The translations under genes were made by a program, and so were the position numbers. A DNA stretch of 62,971 bases from an uncultured Nitrospirota bacterium. Lineage in GTDB: Bacteria > Nitrospirota > Thermodesulfovibrionia > Thermodesulfovibrionales > JdFR-85. Below the pieces are notes generated by a model that saw only the letters and a list, made by a program, of their open reading frames with translations, did not search any database and had not been told where the DNA came from. The DNA lies in the NCBI GenBank assembly GCA_964515925.1, contig CAZEYP010000007.1:1-62971 (forward strand), read 5' to 3'. Positions 38,890 through 50,225 of the stretch are shown in pieces; the stretch's first letter is position 1, and the number at the start of each line of letters is the position of its first letter.

Positions 38890-39957
38890 ATGCCGAAAGA
38901 CCCCATATGTAATATGGAAGTAGATGAAAAGGATGCCCTTACAACGGAATGTGATGGACAGACCTACTATTTCTGCTCCGAAGGTTGCAGGGATAGGTTT
39001 CTTAAAGACAAGGCATGTAAACTTCCAAGAACCACCTACGACCTGATAATTATCGGTGGTGGTCCTGCAGGGCTTACTGCTGCAGTGTATGCCGCCACTT
39101 TGAAAATAGATGCATTCCTGATAGCAAAAGACCTGGGTGGACAGGCAATTGATAGCACCAAGATAGAAAACTACATGGGATACGATTTCATAACAGGCCC
39201 TGAATTGACAAAGCGTTTTCAGGACCAGTTGATACGCTCCCACTACATAGATCACCTTATGTCGCAGGTTGAAAAGATCGAGCCCTTTGAGGAGGGCTTC
39301 AGGGTGATTACATCAGAGTTGCGGAAATACACCGCAAAGGCACTGATTGTGGCAACCGGTATGACCAGAAGAAAATTGAAGATTCCTGGTGAGGAGGAGT
39401 TCCAACGAAGAGGTGTGTTTTATGGCAATATCCAGGACCTTGCCTTTGTTCAGGGTGAGGATGCAGTGGTTGTTGGTGGTGGCAACTCGGCAATGCAGAT
39501 AGTTGAAAATCTTCATACAGTGGCAAGGAATATCCACCTGGTTTCCGATTCCGAATTGAAGGCAGACCCTGTGATAATCGATAGGATAAAGAGATTCAAA
39601 AATCTCAGGATTTACGAGGGCTACAGAACCATTGAGTTTAAAGGCAACAGGACCCTGAGTGCTGTGGTCATTAAAAAGATGGCATCAGATGAAAAACTGG
39701 AATTACCTGCAAAGGGTGTGTTTGTGGCTATCGGGCTTCAACCGAATTCCTCGCTTGTTTCAGACCTGTGTGACCTGAATGAGCGGGGTGAGATAATTAT
39801 TAATCCCGACTGCTCAACATCTTATCCTGGAATCTTTGCTGCCGGTGATGTAACTAATGCCTTTGGAAAAAGAATCATCATAGCCTCTGGTGAAGGAGCT
39901 AAGGCTTCAATGGCAGCAAGACAGTATCTGCTTGATTTAAGAAAGAAAGAGAAGTAG
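38890..39957 (+). CDS. YHS domain fused to a thioredoxin-reductase-like flavoprotein lacking CxxC
   Basis: KDPICNM...YYFCSEGC; GGGPAG, GGGNSA and GIFAAGD; GVFYGNIQD where CxxC is expected. Confidence 0.85.
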   Translation: MPKDPICNMEVDEKDALTTECDGQTYYFCSEGCRDRFLKDKACKLPRTTYDLIIIGGGPAGLTAAVYAATLKIDAFLIAKDLGGQAIDSTKIENYMGYDFITGPELTKRFQDQLIRSHYIDHLMSQVEKIEPFEEGFRVITSELRKYTAKALIVATGMTRRKLKIPGEEEFQRRGVFYGNIQDLAFVQGEDAVVVGGGNSAMQIVENLHTVARNIHLVSDSELKADPVIIDRIKRFKNLRIYEGYRTIEFKGNRTLSAVVIKKMASDEKLELPAKGVFVAIGLQPNSSLVSDLCDLNERGEIIINPDCSTSYPGIFAAGDVTNAFGKRIIIASGEGAKASMAARQYLLDLRKKEK

Positions 39958-39960
39958 TTT

Positions 39961-41025
39961 TTGAAGGTTCTTGAGAGCATAGAAAAGAGCCTGTTTGTTC
40001 TTCATACAGGTCAGGTTACCTGCCATGACACAAATGGTAATCAAATCCCCTGTGCGGGGACAGGTCAGGATGGAGAATATAGAACCGGCATCAAATGGCC
40101 TGAGCCTCGTTTCCAGGTCTCAGGCAACACAGTGCTTGACCGGCTTACAGGTCTTATATGGACCAGGAATGCAAATCCTTTAGAACTACCGCTTACATGG
40201 CAGGAGGCCTTTGAATACATTGAGAAGATGAACAGAGAGAGAGCCTTTGGTTATTCAGACTGGCGTATGCCCAACAGAAGAGAACTCAGAAGTCTCCTCA
40301 GTTATCAAACGAAAAAGCCGGCATTACCGGAGAGTCACCCCTTTGAAAATGTCTTCAGTGGATGGTACTGGACATCTACCACAGCTGCAATCAATCCAGC
40401 CTATGCCTGGTATATCCATATGGAAGGTGCCAGGATGTTTTATGGTGAAAAGAGGCAGTTTTTTCTCCTCTGGCCTGTAAGAGGCAGTGGCTCTTCGGTG
40501 CTTGCTGCCACAGGACAAAGAGGATGTTTTGATCAGGATGGGCGTCAGGTTCCCTGTTCTGGTACCGGGCAGGATGGGGAGTTTCAATATGGAATTCACT
40601 GGCCTGTACCAAGATTTCAGGTGCACGGTGAGGTGGTGCTTGACAGACTAACCAACCTGTGCTGGCTTAAAAGGGCAGACCTTGCAGGAAAGACGGTTAC
40701 ATGGCAGGAGGCATTATTGATTGTTAAAGAACTGAATGCAGGCAGGGGAACTATTACATTATGGCGTCTGCCAAATATAAATGAACTTGAAACACTTATT
40801 GACTGCAGCACCCACAGCCCGGCCCTGCCCGAAGGACATCCCTTTGAAGATGTTCGGGAGGGATACTGGTCGTCAACCACCAGCATGTATGAGCCCGACT
40901 GGGCCTGGGCTTTGTATCTTAAAAAGGGTGCCCTTGGAGTGGGACAGAAAAGAGGTACCTATTTTCATGTGTGGCCGGTTTGCAATGCTTCAGATATGTT
41001 AGAAAAAAGGATATTAGATGGATAA
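39961..41025 (+). CDS. Tandem DUF1566 (Lcl) domain protein
   Basis: Two repeats of D.LT.L.W, WR.P...EL and YWSSTT, each preceded by TGQ..C.D..G..C.GTGQDGE. Confidence 0.85.
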   Translation: MKVLESIEKSLFVLHTGQVTCHDTNGNQIPCAGTGQDGEYRTGIKWPEPRFQVSGNTVLDRLTGLIWTRNANPLELPLTWQEAFEYIEKMNRERAFGYSDWRMPNRRELRSLLSYQTKKPALPESHPFENVFSGWYWTSTTAAINPAYAWYIHMEGARMFYGEKRQFFLLWPVRGSGSSVLAATGQRGCFDQDGRQVPCSGTGQDGEFQYGIHWPVPRFQVHGEVVLDRLTNLCWLKRADLAGKTVTWQEALLIVKELNAGRGTITLWRLPNINELETLIDCSTHSPALPEGHPFEDVREGYWSSTTSMYEPDWAWALYLKKGALGVGQKRGTYFHVWPVCNASDMLEKRILDG

Positions 41026-41890
41026 AATTAATGAAAATAAGACATACAATCATGCTACAGACCCTGTATGTGGTATGAGGGTAAACAGTGATAGTCCTTT
41101 TTCCTTTTTGTACAACCAGAAGGAATACAGATTTTGCTCTGATAAATGCAGAGACCTGTTTCAGCAGGAGCCGGAACTTTTTCTTTCTATGCAGAACAAA
41201 AGGCAGATGCTTTTTGAACAGGAGCGTACCAGGAGTTTGAAAAAGATGGCTGACCAGATAACCCATGAGATTAGAAATCCCCTTACCTCAATAGGTGGTT
41301 TTGCAAGAAGAATATTGAAGAACCTTCCAGAGGACGCACCTGACAGGGAGTACATGAAGAGGGTTATTGAGGATGTAGAAAGGCTTGAACAGATGGTAAA
41401 CAGGATTGTCAGATTTGAATCCGAGCAGTTGATATTGGAGAAAACAGACCTGAATGCACTCATTAAGGAAATAGTTGATATGTTTGATGTGCTATTGAGG
41501 GGAAACAGGATTACTCTCAAACTGTCGCTGGAGGAACTGCCCGAGATTTTTTTGGATAGGGCAAAGATGAAGTCTGCACTGTCAAATATAGTAAAAAATG
41601 CCATTGAGGCAATGGAAGGTGCGAAGAGGATACTGACTATTTCTACCCATCTGGTGGGTGATGAGGTTTTAATTTCTATATCGGATACTGGCAAGGGAAT
41701 ACCCACGGATAAGATCAAATACATCTTTGATCCCTTCTTTACCTCAAAGATATACGGTCCGGGCCTGGGCCTTTCCTTTGTAAAAGAAGTTTTGCAGGCT
41801 CATAAAGGTAGAATAGAGGTGCAAAGCACCCCGGGCAGGGGAACAACCTTTAAGATTAAAATTCCTGCAGGAAGGGAGGCCAGAAGATGA
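41018..41890 (+). CDS. Soluble histidine kinase with N-terminal YHS domain
   Basis: TDPVCGM...FCSDKC; HEIRNPL, NAIEAM, DTGKGI, FDPFFTSK and GPGLGL. Confidence 0.88.
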   Translation: MDKINENKTYNHATDPVCGMRVNSDSPFSFLYNQKEYRFCSDKCRDLFQQEPELFLSMQNKRQMLFEQERTRSLKKMADQITHEIRNPLTSIGGFARRILKNLPEDAPDREYMKRVIEDVERLEQMVNRIVRFESEQLILEKTDLNALIKEIVDMFDVLLRGNRITLKLSLEELPEIFLDRAKMKSALSNIVKNAIEAMEGAKRILTISTHLVGDEVLISISDTGKGIPTDKIKYIFDPFFTSKIYGPGLGLSFVKEVLQAHKGRIEVQSTPGRGTTFKIKIPAGREARR

Positions 41891-42849
41891 AAAAGATTAT
41901 TATTCATATTATCCTTCTATTTGCTGCTCTTTGTTTTCTGCCCCTTACTGTTCAGGCTGAAGTGATATTTGTTAATAACCGCGACTCTGGAGAGCTCTCT
42001 GTAATTAATCCTGAAAAAGCAAAAACAGTGAAACGAACAGTAGTGGGCAGAAAGTCCACTTATGTTGCAGTTAGCCCTGACGGCAGGTTTGCCTTTTCTG
42101 TCTCAACCGGTGAAAGGAAACTCTATGTAATAGATGCCTCTGAATTCATGGTTATAAAGACACTGTCTCTTTCAGATGCTCCAAAGGGTGTTGGGGTGAG
42201 TCCTGACAGCAAATTTGTTTATGTGGTAAACGAAGCAAAGAGGGCAAGCAATCTATATGTGTTTAAAACAGGAGTATGGGAAAGGGTTAAAACTATTAAG
42301 GTTGGGAGCATGCCTCATAATATTGTGTTCAACCCTGTAAAGCCATGTGCCTATGTTACCAATGGCGCCTCTAAAAGTATAAGCGTAATAGATACAAAAG
42401 AGCAAAAAGTGGTGGATGAGATAAAGATTCCAGGCTCAGGGGTGCCTCATAACCTTGATATAACGCCTGATGGTAGATTCCTTGTTGTAACACTGAAAAA
42501 GACCGATGAAGTAGCCGTGATAGATTTAAATAACAGAGCGGTCATCAAAAAGATAAGGGTATCAAAGGGGCATCATGGAGTGGCAATAAGTCCTGATGGC
42601 AGGTGGGCTTATGTTTCGGGAGTTGGCTCGGATGTGATAACCGTGATAGATACATCAGACTGGCAGATAAGAAAGACCATCAGGGTAGGTAATGGCCCTC
42701 ATGGTGTAAGGTTCTCAGGAGACGGCAGAAGAGCCTATGTTGCAGTGAGTAAGGAGGACAAGATGGTGGTGATTGATACAGAGGGCCATCGGGTAATAAA
42801 GGAGATTAGTTCACCGGGGTTTCCATTCTGGATAGCAATAAAGAGATAA
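41887..42849 (+). CDS. YncE/YVTN beta-propeller protein
   Basis: Signal peptide; repeated PH..A.SPDG..AYV blades. Confidence 0.85.
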   Translation: MKKIIIHIILLFAALCFLPLTVQAEVIFVNNRDSGELSVINPEKAKTVKRTVVGRKSTYVAVSPDGRFAFSVSTGERKLYVIDASEFMVIKTLSLSDAPKGVGVSPDSKFVYVVNEAKRASNLYVFKTGVWERVKTIKVGSMPHNIVFNPVKPCAYVTNGASKSISVIDTKEQKVVDEIKIPGSGVPHNLDITPDGRFLVVTLKKTDEVAVIDLNNRAVIKKIRVSKGHHGVAISPDGRWAYVSGVGSDVITVIDTSDWQIRKTIRVGNGPHGVRFSGDGRRAYVAVSKEDKMVVIDTEGHRVIKEISSPGFPFWIAIKR

Positions 42850-42866
42850 GGATTTGGTAAGGCTAC

Positions 42867-43328
42867 ATGAAAACCATAGTTACTAAAAAGATGTGGTATG
42901 GCCTGAACGCAACGGTTATATTAGGGCCTGGCTTTCTTCACAGGGCAGGCTATGGATTGCTGCTGTTACCACATCCACCGCTGGTTAATTCCCTTTTGCG
43001 GTATGGACTGCCTGAAGATGCACAGGAGAGGCTGAGCATTATCCATGAATTTGCTCATCTTAAGACAGCATCCTTTGCATTACCCTATACGGCTCTGGTT
43101 TTTTATCTGGCCTATAGCCTTATTGGCTCCCTTGACTGGATGACCATAGTTGTTCTTATTTTAAGCACCCATGCAGCATGGGAAATGCTTGCTGAAACTG
43201 CTACCATAATAGAAAGTGGGCACATCTATGGAAATATATATAAACATACCCCAATTACTCCAAGGCTTCTGTTCTGGGGAATAACCACTCTGCTTACACT
43301 CTGGGGATGGTATATAATTTTAATGTAA
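42867..43328 (+). CDS. Hypothetical membrane protein (HEFAH motif)
   Basis: 153-aa ORF with hydrophobic segments in operon position. Confidence 0.6.
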   Translation: MKTIVTKKMWYGLNATVILGPGFLHRAGYGLLLLPHPPLVNSLLRYGLPEDAQERLSIIHEFAHLKTASFALPYTALVFYLAYSLIGSLDWMTIVVLILSTHAAWEMLAETATIIESGHIYGNIYKHTPITPRLLFWGITTLLTLWGWYIILM

Positions 43329-43350
43329 AGCAATAAACAAAGGAGGCAAG

Positions 43351-45789
43351 ATGAAGGTAAAAGATCCCGTATGTGGTATGGAGATCGAAGAGTCCGAGGC
43401 AAAGGCAAGGGAAACCCACAATGGGCAAACCTACTATTTCTGCTCAGAAGGCTGCAGAGATAAATTTGTTAAATCCCCCGAGACCTATGTGCATCACAAG
43501 CACGATCATCGTGAACACACCACCAGCGAAGAGCCGTTAAAAACCTCAGAAGAGACAGAATACACTTGTCCCATGCATCCTGAGGTCAGACAGAAAGGGC
43601 CAGGTAATTGTCCCAGGTGTGGTATGGCACTGGAGCCTGTAATCCCTGTTACCAAAAAGGCTCCCGAGGGTGAAACCCTGTGGACATGCCCCATGCATCC
43701 AGAGATTATAAAAGACAGCCCTGGCAACTGTCCTATATGTGGTATGGCACTTGAGCCAAAAACTGCTACATCGGAGGATGAGGAAAATCCAGAACTCATT
43801 GACATGACCCGAAGGTTTAAACTTGGTGTTGTGCTCACAATACCTCTTTTAATCATAGCAATGGGTGAATATGTGCCCGGGGTGTCAAATCTTCTTGATA
43901 TGCTGCCAGCAGGAGTTCTTAAATGGACAGAGTTGATTCTGGCAACGCCTGTTGTGCTCTGGTCAGGCTTGCCCTTTTTTGTGAGGTTCTGGCAGTCAAT
44001 AGTCAATAAAAGCCCCAATATGTTTACCCTGATCGGGCTTGGCGTGGGAGTGGGGTATATCTACAGTGTGGTGGCAACTGTGTTTCCAGGAATTTTCCCC
44101 GAGGCATTCAGAGATGCCGAGGGAGGAGTTGGTGTGTATTTTGAGGCATCAGCCGTGATTGTGGTGCTTGTTCTCCTTGGTCAGGTGCTTGAACTGAGGG
44201 CACGAAGCAAGACAGGTGCTGCCATCAAGGCCCTGCTGGGACTTGCTCCGAAGACTGCCCGTAGAATAAAGGATGGTGTGGAAGAGGACATTCCCCTTGA
44301 GCATGTTAAACCTGGCGATCTGTTAAGGGTCAGACCAGGGGAGAAGATTCCTGTTGATGGGGTGGTTGTGGAAGGCACAACAAGCGTGGATGAATCTATG
44401 GTAACTGGCGAGCCGATTCCTGTTACCAAAGGCCCTGGAGACAGGGTTATTGGAGCGACCGTAAATGGAACAGGTTCTATTGTGATTAAGGCTGAAAAGG
44501 TTGGTGCCGATACCCTGCTATCGCAGATTGTGCAGATGGTGGCAGAGGCACAGCGTAGCCGTGCCCCAATACAGAAACTTGCTGATGTGGTGGCAAAGTA
44601 TTTCGTTCAGATAGTGGTGGCAATTGCGGTTGCAACCTTTGTGGTGTGGGCATGGATTGGGCCTGACCCCAGGATGGCCCATGCACTTATAAATGCAGTG
44701 GCTGTGCTGATAATCGCATGCCCCTGCGCCCTTGGGCTTGCCACACCCATGTCTATAATGGTTGCCACTGGAAAGGGTGCCACAATGGGTGTGCTTTTCA
44801 AGAATGCAGAGGCAATAGAGATAATGCGTAAGGTCGATACCCTGGTTGTGGACAAAACCGGCACCCTCACCGAGGGAAGACCAAAACTTGTTAAGGTGTA
44901 CCCTGCCGAGGGTATGGATGAGAAGGAACTGCTCAAATATGCCTCTTCAATCGAGCAGGCAAGTGAGCATCCCCTTGCCGAGGCTATAGTAAAAGGTGCA
45001 AAGGAAAAGGGTATTGAGCCGGCAAAGATAGATGATTTTGAGTCTGTTACAGGTAAGGGTGTAAAGGGAAAGGTTCAGGGCCATGAGGTTGCCCTTGGTA
45101 ATCAGAAACTGCTTGAGGACCTTGGAATTGATGTAACGGCTCTGAACAGGGTTGCTCAGGAGATGAGGGCTGAGGGACAGACGGTGATGTTTGTTGCAGT
45201 GGATGGAAGGCCTGCCGGGCTTATTGGGGTGGCTGATCCGATTAAAGAGACCACGCCTCTGGCCATTAAGGAACTCCATGAGGAGGGCATAAGGGTTGTA
45301 ATGATGACAGGGGATAACAAAACCACAGCAGAGGCAGTGGCAAGAAGGCTTGGCATAGACGATGTTATTGCAGGTGTGCTGCCTGATCAGAAGGCAGAGA
45401 AGGTAAAGGAACTCCAGGCACAGGGAAGAATTGTTGCAATGGCTGGCGATGGCATTAATGATGCACCTGCCCTTGCACAGGCTCATGTGGGTATTGCTAT
45501 GGGAACCGGAACTGATGTGGCAATGGAATCAGCAGGGGTAACTTTGATAAAGGGAGACCTTAGAGGCATAGTAAGGGCAAGAAGACTTAGCCGTGCCACC
45601 ATGCGTAACATCAAGCAGAACCTGTTCTGGGCCTTTGCATACAACGCCCTCGGTGTACCCATCGCAGCAGGGGTGTTATATCCATTCTTTGGGCTGCTCC
45701 TCAGTCCTGTATTTGCAGCAGCAGCCATGAGCTTCAGCTCTGTCTCTGTGGTAGGAAATGCCCTCAGGCTTAAGAGAGTGAGGATTTAG
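43351..45789 (+). CDS. copA: Cu(I)-translocating P1B-type ATPase with YHS and two CPMHP metal-binding domains
   Basis: [25 protein letters not shown] and YN...MSFSS; N-terminal DPVCGM/FCSEGC and two CPMHP..C..CGM repeats. Confidence 0.95.
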   Translation: MKVKDPVCGMEIEESEAKARETHNGQTYYFCSEGCRDKFVKSPETYVHHKHDHREHTTSEEPLKTSEETEYTCPMHPEVRQKGPGNCPRCGMALEPVIPVTKKAPEGETLWTCPMHPEIIKDSPGNCPICGMALEPKTATSEDEENPELIDMTRRFKLGVVLTIPLLIIAMGEYVPGVSNLLDMLPAGVLKWTELILATPVVLWSGLPFFVRFWQSIVNKSPNMFTLIGLGVGVGYIYSVVATVFPGIFPEAFRDAEGGVGVYFEASAVIVVLVLLGQVLELRARSKTGAAIKALLGLAPKTARRIKDGVEEDIPLEHVKPGDLLRVRPGEKIPVDGVVVEGTTSVDESMVTGEPIPVTKGPGDRVIGATVNGTGSIVIKAEKVGADTLLSQIVQMVAEAQRSRAPIQKLADVVAKYFVQIVVAIAVATFVVWAWIGPDPRMAHALINAVAVLIIACPCALGLATPMSIMVATGKGATMGVLFKNAEAIEIMRKVDTLVVDKTGTLTEGRPKLVKVYPAEGMDEKELLKYASSIEQASEHPLAEAIVKGAKEKGIEPAKIDDFESVTGKGVKGKVQGHEVALGNQKLLEDLGIDVTALNRVAQEMRAEGQTVMFVAVDGRPAGLIGVADPIKETTPLAIKELHEEGIRVVMMTGDNKTTAEAVARRLGIDDVIAGVLPDQKAEKVKELQAQGRIVAMAGDGINDAPALAQAHVGIAMGTGTDVAMESAGVTLIKGDLRGIVRARRLSRATMRNIKQNLFWAFAYNALGVPIAAGVLYPFFGLLLSPVFAAAAMSFSSVSVVGNALRLKRVRI

Positions 45790-45892
45790 ATAGATTGATT
45801 CAGGATATAGCAATTCTGCAGAAAAGGTGGTATAATTAAATCAAGGTGATGGAGCCACACTACCTTAATAATATAAAAGGGAGAATTCTGAG

Positions 45893-47269
45893 ATGAGTAT
45901 CACCATTGTTGGTGGTGGTATCTCAGGACTGTCGCTTGCCTTCCTTCTGCATAAAAAAGACGAAACCCTCGATATACAGGTTCTTGAGGCCAGGGAAAGA
46001 CCTGGTGGAAAGATATGGACAGACAGGGCAGATGGCTTTCTCTGTGAAAGCGGAGTTAACGGTTTTTTAGATAACAAACCCACAACCTTTGATTTTATAA
46101 AAAACCTTTCTCTTGAGCCTCTCCGAAGCAACGATGCGGCAAGAAAGCGCTACATATACCGTGGGGGAAAACTTCACAGACTTCCTGAAAATCCCCAGGC
46201 ATTCTTTTTATCAGGGCTTTTAACACCCTGTGGAAAGGGACGCATAATTTACGAACTCATTGCACCAAAGGGCAGACAGGAGGATGAAACTCTTGCCTCC
46301 TTTGCTACAAGACGACTGGGTAGAGAGGTTTATGAGTATTTTATAGATCCAATGGCATCAGGTATATATGCCGGGGATGCTACAAAACTGAGTCTCAAGA
46401 GCTGTTTTCCGAGGATCTATGAACTGGAAAAGCAGTACGGAAGCCTTATAAGGGCGATGATTCGGCTTCAGAAGGAGGCAAAAAAGACAGGTAAGAAGGT
46501 TGGCCCTTCTCCAGGTGGTGTGCTTACATCCTTTCGTGATGGTATGGAAGTGGTGATAGATGCCCTGAAAGAGGCACTTGGAGAAAGGATTGTTACCTCA
46601 AAGAGGGTTTCAGGCATAGATAAAAGTGGCAGTGGCAACACCTATACAATTTACACAGAAGATGGTAAGAGCTTTGAGACTGAGCAGGTTGTGCTTGCAT
46701 GCCCGGCGCACGATGCTGAAAAGATATTCAGGGAACTTGACCCAGAGGTTTCAGGGCTTATGAAGAGAATACCCTATCCTCCTGTGTCGGTTGTCTGCCT
46801 TGGTTTCAGGTATGAAGATATAGAGTTTGATATTAACGGTTTTGGTTTTCTTGTGCCCTCTGTTGAAGGCCGAAGGATACTTGGAACTCTGTGGGATTCA
46901 AGTATCTTTCCAAACCGTGCGCCCGAGGGCTATGTGCTTTTCAGGACAATGCTTGGTGGTGCACGTCAGCCTGATATTGCACTTCAGGATGAGCAGAAGC
47001 TGATAGACACCGTGCTTTCAGAACTTAAAGATATAATGAATGTGGATGTTAAACCGGAGTTTGCAAGAGTGTATGTGCATGAGAAGGCAATACCCCAGTA
47101 TAATGTGGGGCATGCAGCACTGGTTGATGATATAAGGAGGAGGATTAAAGAGAGGTTCAATGGGCTTTACATTACAGGCAATGCCTACGGTGGAATTGGT
47201 TTTAATGATTGTATTTATAATTCCTATAAACTGACCGATGAGTTACTGAATGATTTAACCCAACAATAA
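45893..47269 (+). CDS. hemY: Protoporphyrinogen/coproporphyrinogen oxidase (HemY type)
   Basis: GGGISGL, SGIYAGD, GFGFLVP and AIPQY.VGH. Confidence 0.9.
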   Translation: MSITIVGGGISGLSLAFLLHKKDETLDIQVLEARERPGGKIWTDRADGFLCESGVNGFLDNKPTTFDFIKNLSLEPLRSNDAARKRYIYRGGKLHRLPENPQAFFLSGLLTPCGKGRIIYELIAPKGRQEDETLASFATRRLGREVYEYFIDPMASGIYAGDATKLSLKSCFPRIYELEKQYGSLIRAMIRLQKEAKKTGKKVGPSPGGVLTSFRDGMEVVIDALKEALGERIVTSKRVSGIDKSGSGNTYTIYTEDGKSFETEQVVLACPAHDAEKIFRELDPEVSGLMKRIPYPPVSVVCLGFRYEDIEFDINGFGFLVPSVEGRRILGTLWDSSIFPNRAPEGYVLFRTMLGGARQPDIALQDEQKLIDTVLSELKDIMNVDVKPEFARVYVHEKAIPQYNVGHAALVDDIRRRIKERFNGLYITGNAYGGIGFNDCIYNSYKLTDELLNDLTQQ

Positions 47270-47310
47270 ATCCCCATTCACCCATTATAGGGTGAGAAAG
47301 GAGGCAACCA

Positions 47311-47541
47311 ATGAGAGAGCAGGAAATCAGAGAGGTTCTGAGAGCAGAAAACCCTGAGTTTCAGCAGCTTGAGGCCGAACACAGGGCGCTGGAGAACAGG
47401 CTTTCAGAGCTTGAGGGCAAGGCATTTCTTACAACCGACGAGGAACTGGAAATTAAACAGATAAAAAAACAGAAGCTTATCAGAAAAGACAAGATGGCAA
47501 TGCTGATAAGAGAGTATAAAAAGGCAGTCCTGCAGAACTAA
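47311..47541 (+). CDS. DUF465/YdcH family protein
   Basis: L...HR.LE...K..KL..KD.M pattern. Confidence 0.8.
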   Translation: MREQEIREVLRAENPEFQQLEAEHRALENRLSELEGKAFLTTDEELEIKQIKKQKLIRKDKMAMLIREYKKAVLQN

Positions 47542-47686
47542 TCTCTTTAAAAATTTCTTTGCTTTAAACCTATAAGGTGGGGAGGGGCATCTTTGTGTTC
47601 AAAATGAGTTGGAATAATTTCATTATATTTGTTTAGAATTTAGTATCTGGAAATTAGAATTTTTAATTATAAGGAGGACAGGAAGA

Positions 47687-49339
47687 TTGAGAAGCGATGA
47701 CATCAAAAAGGGTCTGGAGCGAGTGCCACACAGGGCACTACTTTATGCAACAGGAATACCACCCACAGAGATGAACAAGCCTTTCATCGGAGTGGCAACC
47801 AGCTTTACAGACATCATCCCGGGCCACATTGGTATGAGAGACCTTGAGAGGTTTATCGAAAAGGGTATCCATGCCGGTGGTGGTTATCCCTTTTTCTTTG
47901 GTGTGCCTGGCATCTGTGATGGAATTGCCATGGGACACAGTGGTATGCACTACTCACTTCCCTCAAGAGAGCTAATTGCAGATATGGTTGAGACCATAGC
48001 AGAGGCACACAAGTTCGATGGATTAGTGCTTTTAACCAACTGTGACAAGATTACCCCTGGAATGCTGATGGCTGCTGGAAGGGTGAATATTCCCACAATC
48101 ATCGTAACTGCAGGTCCAATGCATTCTGGACATCTAAAGGGCAAGAGGCTGAGTCTTGTTAACGACACCTTTGAGGCTGTGGGTAAATACAAGAAGGGCT
48201 TGATAGACGACAGAGAGCTTTCCTCTCTTGAGATGTGTGCCTGTCCAGGGGCGGGCTCCTGTCAGGGAATGTACACTGCAAACACCATGGCCTGTGTAAC
48301 CGAGGCACTTGGTATGAGCCTTCCCTATTGTGCAACTGCCCTTGCCATTGATTCAGAAAAGAGAAGGATAGCCTTTGAAAGCGGCCGCAGGGTGGTTGAA
48401 CTGGTGAAAAAAGGCATCACTCCAAGAAAGATAATGACCCGTAAGGCCTTCGAAAACGCCATTATGGTTGACATGGCACTTGGTGGTTCAACTAACACGG
48501 TGCTTCACATTCCAGCAATTGCAAAGGATGCAGGGGTGAGGCTTCCACTTGAGGTGTTTGATGAACTTAGCAAAAGGACACCCCATCTATGTAACATGCT
48601 CCCTGGCGGTGTGCATTACATGGAAGACCTGCATCACGCAGGTGGAGTGCCTGCTTTGCTTAAAAGGCTGAAGGAACAGATACACAACACAGCCACTGTA
48701 AGTGGCATCAGAACACACAGGATAGCTGATAGGGCTGAGGTCTTTGATGATGAGGTAATAAGGCCACTTAACAGGGCTCATCACAGAGAAGGTGGTATTG
48801 CCATCCTTCGTGGAAACCTTGCACCTGATGGAGCAGTGGTAAAGCAGTCTGCAGTTAGTAAGAATATGATGCGTTTTGAGGGCACGTCAAAGGTCTTTGA
48901 TTCAGAAGAGGAGGGCATGAAGGCAATACTTGCAGGGAAGATAAAACCAGGTGATGTTGTGGTTATCAGATACGAGGGGCCAAAGGGAGGCCCTGGAATG
49001 CGTGAGATGCTCTCTCCCACTGCAACCATTGCAGGAATGGGGCTCAGTGATTCGGTTGCTCTGATTACAGATGGAAGATTCTCTGGCGGCACAAGAGGCC
49101 CCTGTATCGGGCACATATCTCCAGAGGCCATGGAGGGTGGCCCTATTGCAATAATAAAGGATGGTGACAGGATAAGGATAGACATTCCAAAGAGAAGGCT
49201 TGACCTCTTACTGTCAGAGGAGGAGATAAAGGACAGACTCAGAAGGTGGAAGGCACCAAGACCAAAGATAACAAAGGGCTATCTTGCAAGGTATTCACAG
49301 ATGGTAAGCTCTGCTTCATCAGGGGCAGTGATGAAGTAG
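47687..49339 (+). CDS. ilvD: Dihydroxy-acid dehydratase
   Basis: [28 protein letters not shown] and TDGRFSG. Confidence 0.97.
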   Translation: MRSDDIKKGLERVPHRALLYATGIPPTEMNKPFIGVATSFTDIIPGHIGMRDLERFIEKGIHAGGGYPFFFGVPGICDGIAMGHSGMHYSLPSRELIADMVETIAEAHKFDGLVLLTNCDKITPGMLMAAGRVNIPTIIVTAGPMHSGHLKGKRLSLVNDTFEAVGKYKKGLIDDRELSSLEMCACPGAGSCQGMYTANTMACVTEALGMSLPYCATALAIDSEKRRIAFESGRRVVELVKKGITPRKIMTRKAFENAIMVDMALGGSTNTVLHIPAIAKDAGVRLPLEVFDELSKRTPHLCNMLPGGVHYMEDLHHAGGVPALLKRLKEQIHNTATVSGIRTHRIADRAEVFDDEVIRPLNRAHHREGGIAILRGNLAPDGAVVKQSAVSKNMMRFEGTSKVFDSEEEGMKAILAGKIKPGDVVVIRYEGPKGGPGMREMLSPTATIAGMGLSDSVALITDGRFSGGTRGPCIGHISPEAMEGGPIAIIKDGDRIRIDIPKRRLDLLLSEEEIKDRLRRWKAPRPKITKGYLARYSQMVSSASSGAVMK

Positions 49340-49391
49340 TGATGTAGGGCGTAGTGATTTGAGTTTATACAGGATTTCAGAGCAGTGAAGA

Positions 49392-49871
49392 GTGGGACGA
49401 GTGAAGAAAGACTTAAAAATAGTGATTGGTGCTGACCATGGGGGATATCATCTTAAAAGTGCCCTAATTGACTATCTCCTGATGCAGGGATATGAGATTA
49501 TTGATGTGGGTGCCTATAATGATGAGTCCTCGGACTACCCTGACTTTGCAAAGATGGTTGCCGAGCGGATTATAAAAGGTGAGGCACAAAGAGGCATAAT
49601 GATCTGTGGAAGCGGCGTTGGTGCCTCTGTAGCAGCAAATAAATTCAAAGGCATAAGGGCATCGGTCTGCCACGATACCTACTCGGCAAGGCAGGGCATT
49701 GAGGACGACAACATGAATGTGCTCTGCCTTGGCGCCCGAATAGTGGGGGAATATCTTGCAAGAGAGATAGTCACGGCTTTTTTGAATGCAGAGTTTAAAG
49801 ACGAAGAGCGTTACAAAAGAAGATTGAAAAAGATAGAGGAGTTTGAGAGACAATGGACGAAGAAAAACTGA
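49392..49871 (+). CDS. rpiB: Ribose-5-phosphate isomerase B
   Basis: GADHGG, DYPD, CGSGVG and ANKFKGIRA. Confidence 0.95.
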   Translation: MGRVKKDLKIVIGADHGGYHLKSALIDYLLMQGYEIIDVGAYNDESSDYPDFAKMVAERIIKGEAQRGIMICGSGVGASVAANKFKGIRASVCHDTYSARQGIEDDNMNVLCLGARIVGEYLAREIVTAFLNAEFKDEERYKRRLKKIEEFERQWTKKN

Positions 49872-50212
49872 TTCATGACTGGCTTGTTCGGACACTTAAA
49901 AAGAGACTTTCCAGGGATTATAAGGATATCAAGGACAATCTGGAAGGACAGAAAGAGGAGTTTCAGGGGCTTTATCCTGACCTGATACTTGGTAACCACG
50001 GCATGGTCCTTTCAGTGGTTGAGGTTGAGACAGAAAGCACCATCAAAGAAGAGGCAGCAAAGAGGTGGAAGAAACTTGTTTCAGGCCCGGTAAAGCTTGT
50101 GCTCATGGTGCCAAAGGCTTCAGTTAAAGATGTAACAACGCTCCTGTGGAATGAGGGGATTGCCGATAAGGTCTCCATAGGCACCTATGATATAGTGTTA
50201 AAGATGCCCTGA
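49853..50212 (+). CDS. Hypothetical protein (PD-(D/E)xK-like pattern)
   Basis: YPDLIL...VVEVET; overlaps rpiB. Confidence 0.6.
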   Translation: MDEEKLIHDWLVRTLKKRLSRDYKDIKDNLEGQKEEFQGLYPDLILGNHGMVLSVVEVETESTIKEEAAKRWKKLVSGPVKLVLMVPKASVKDVTTLLWNEGIADKVSIGTYDIVLKMP

Positions 50213-50225
50213 TGAGAGGGGGTAT

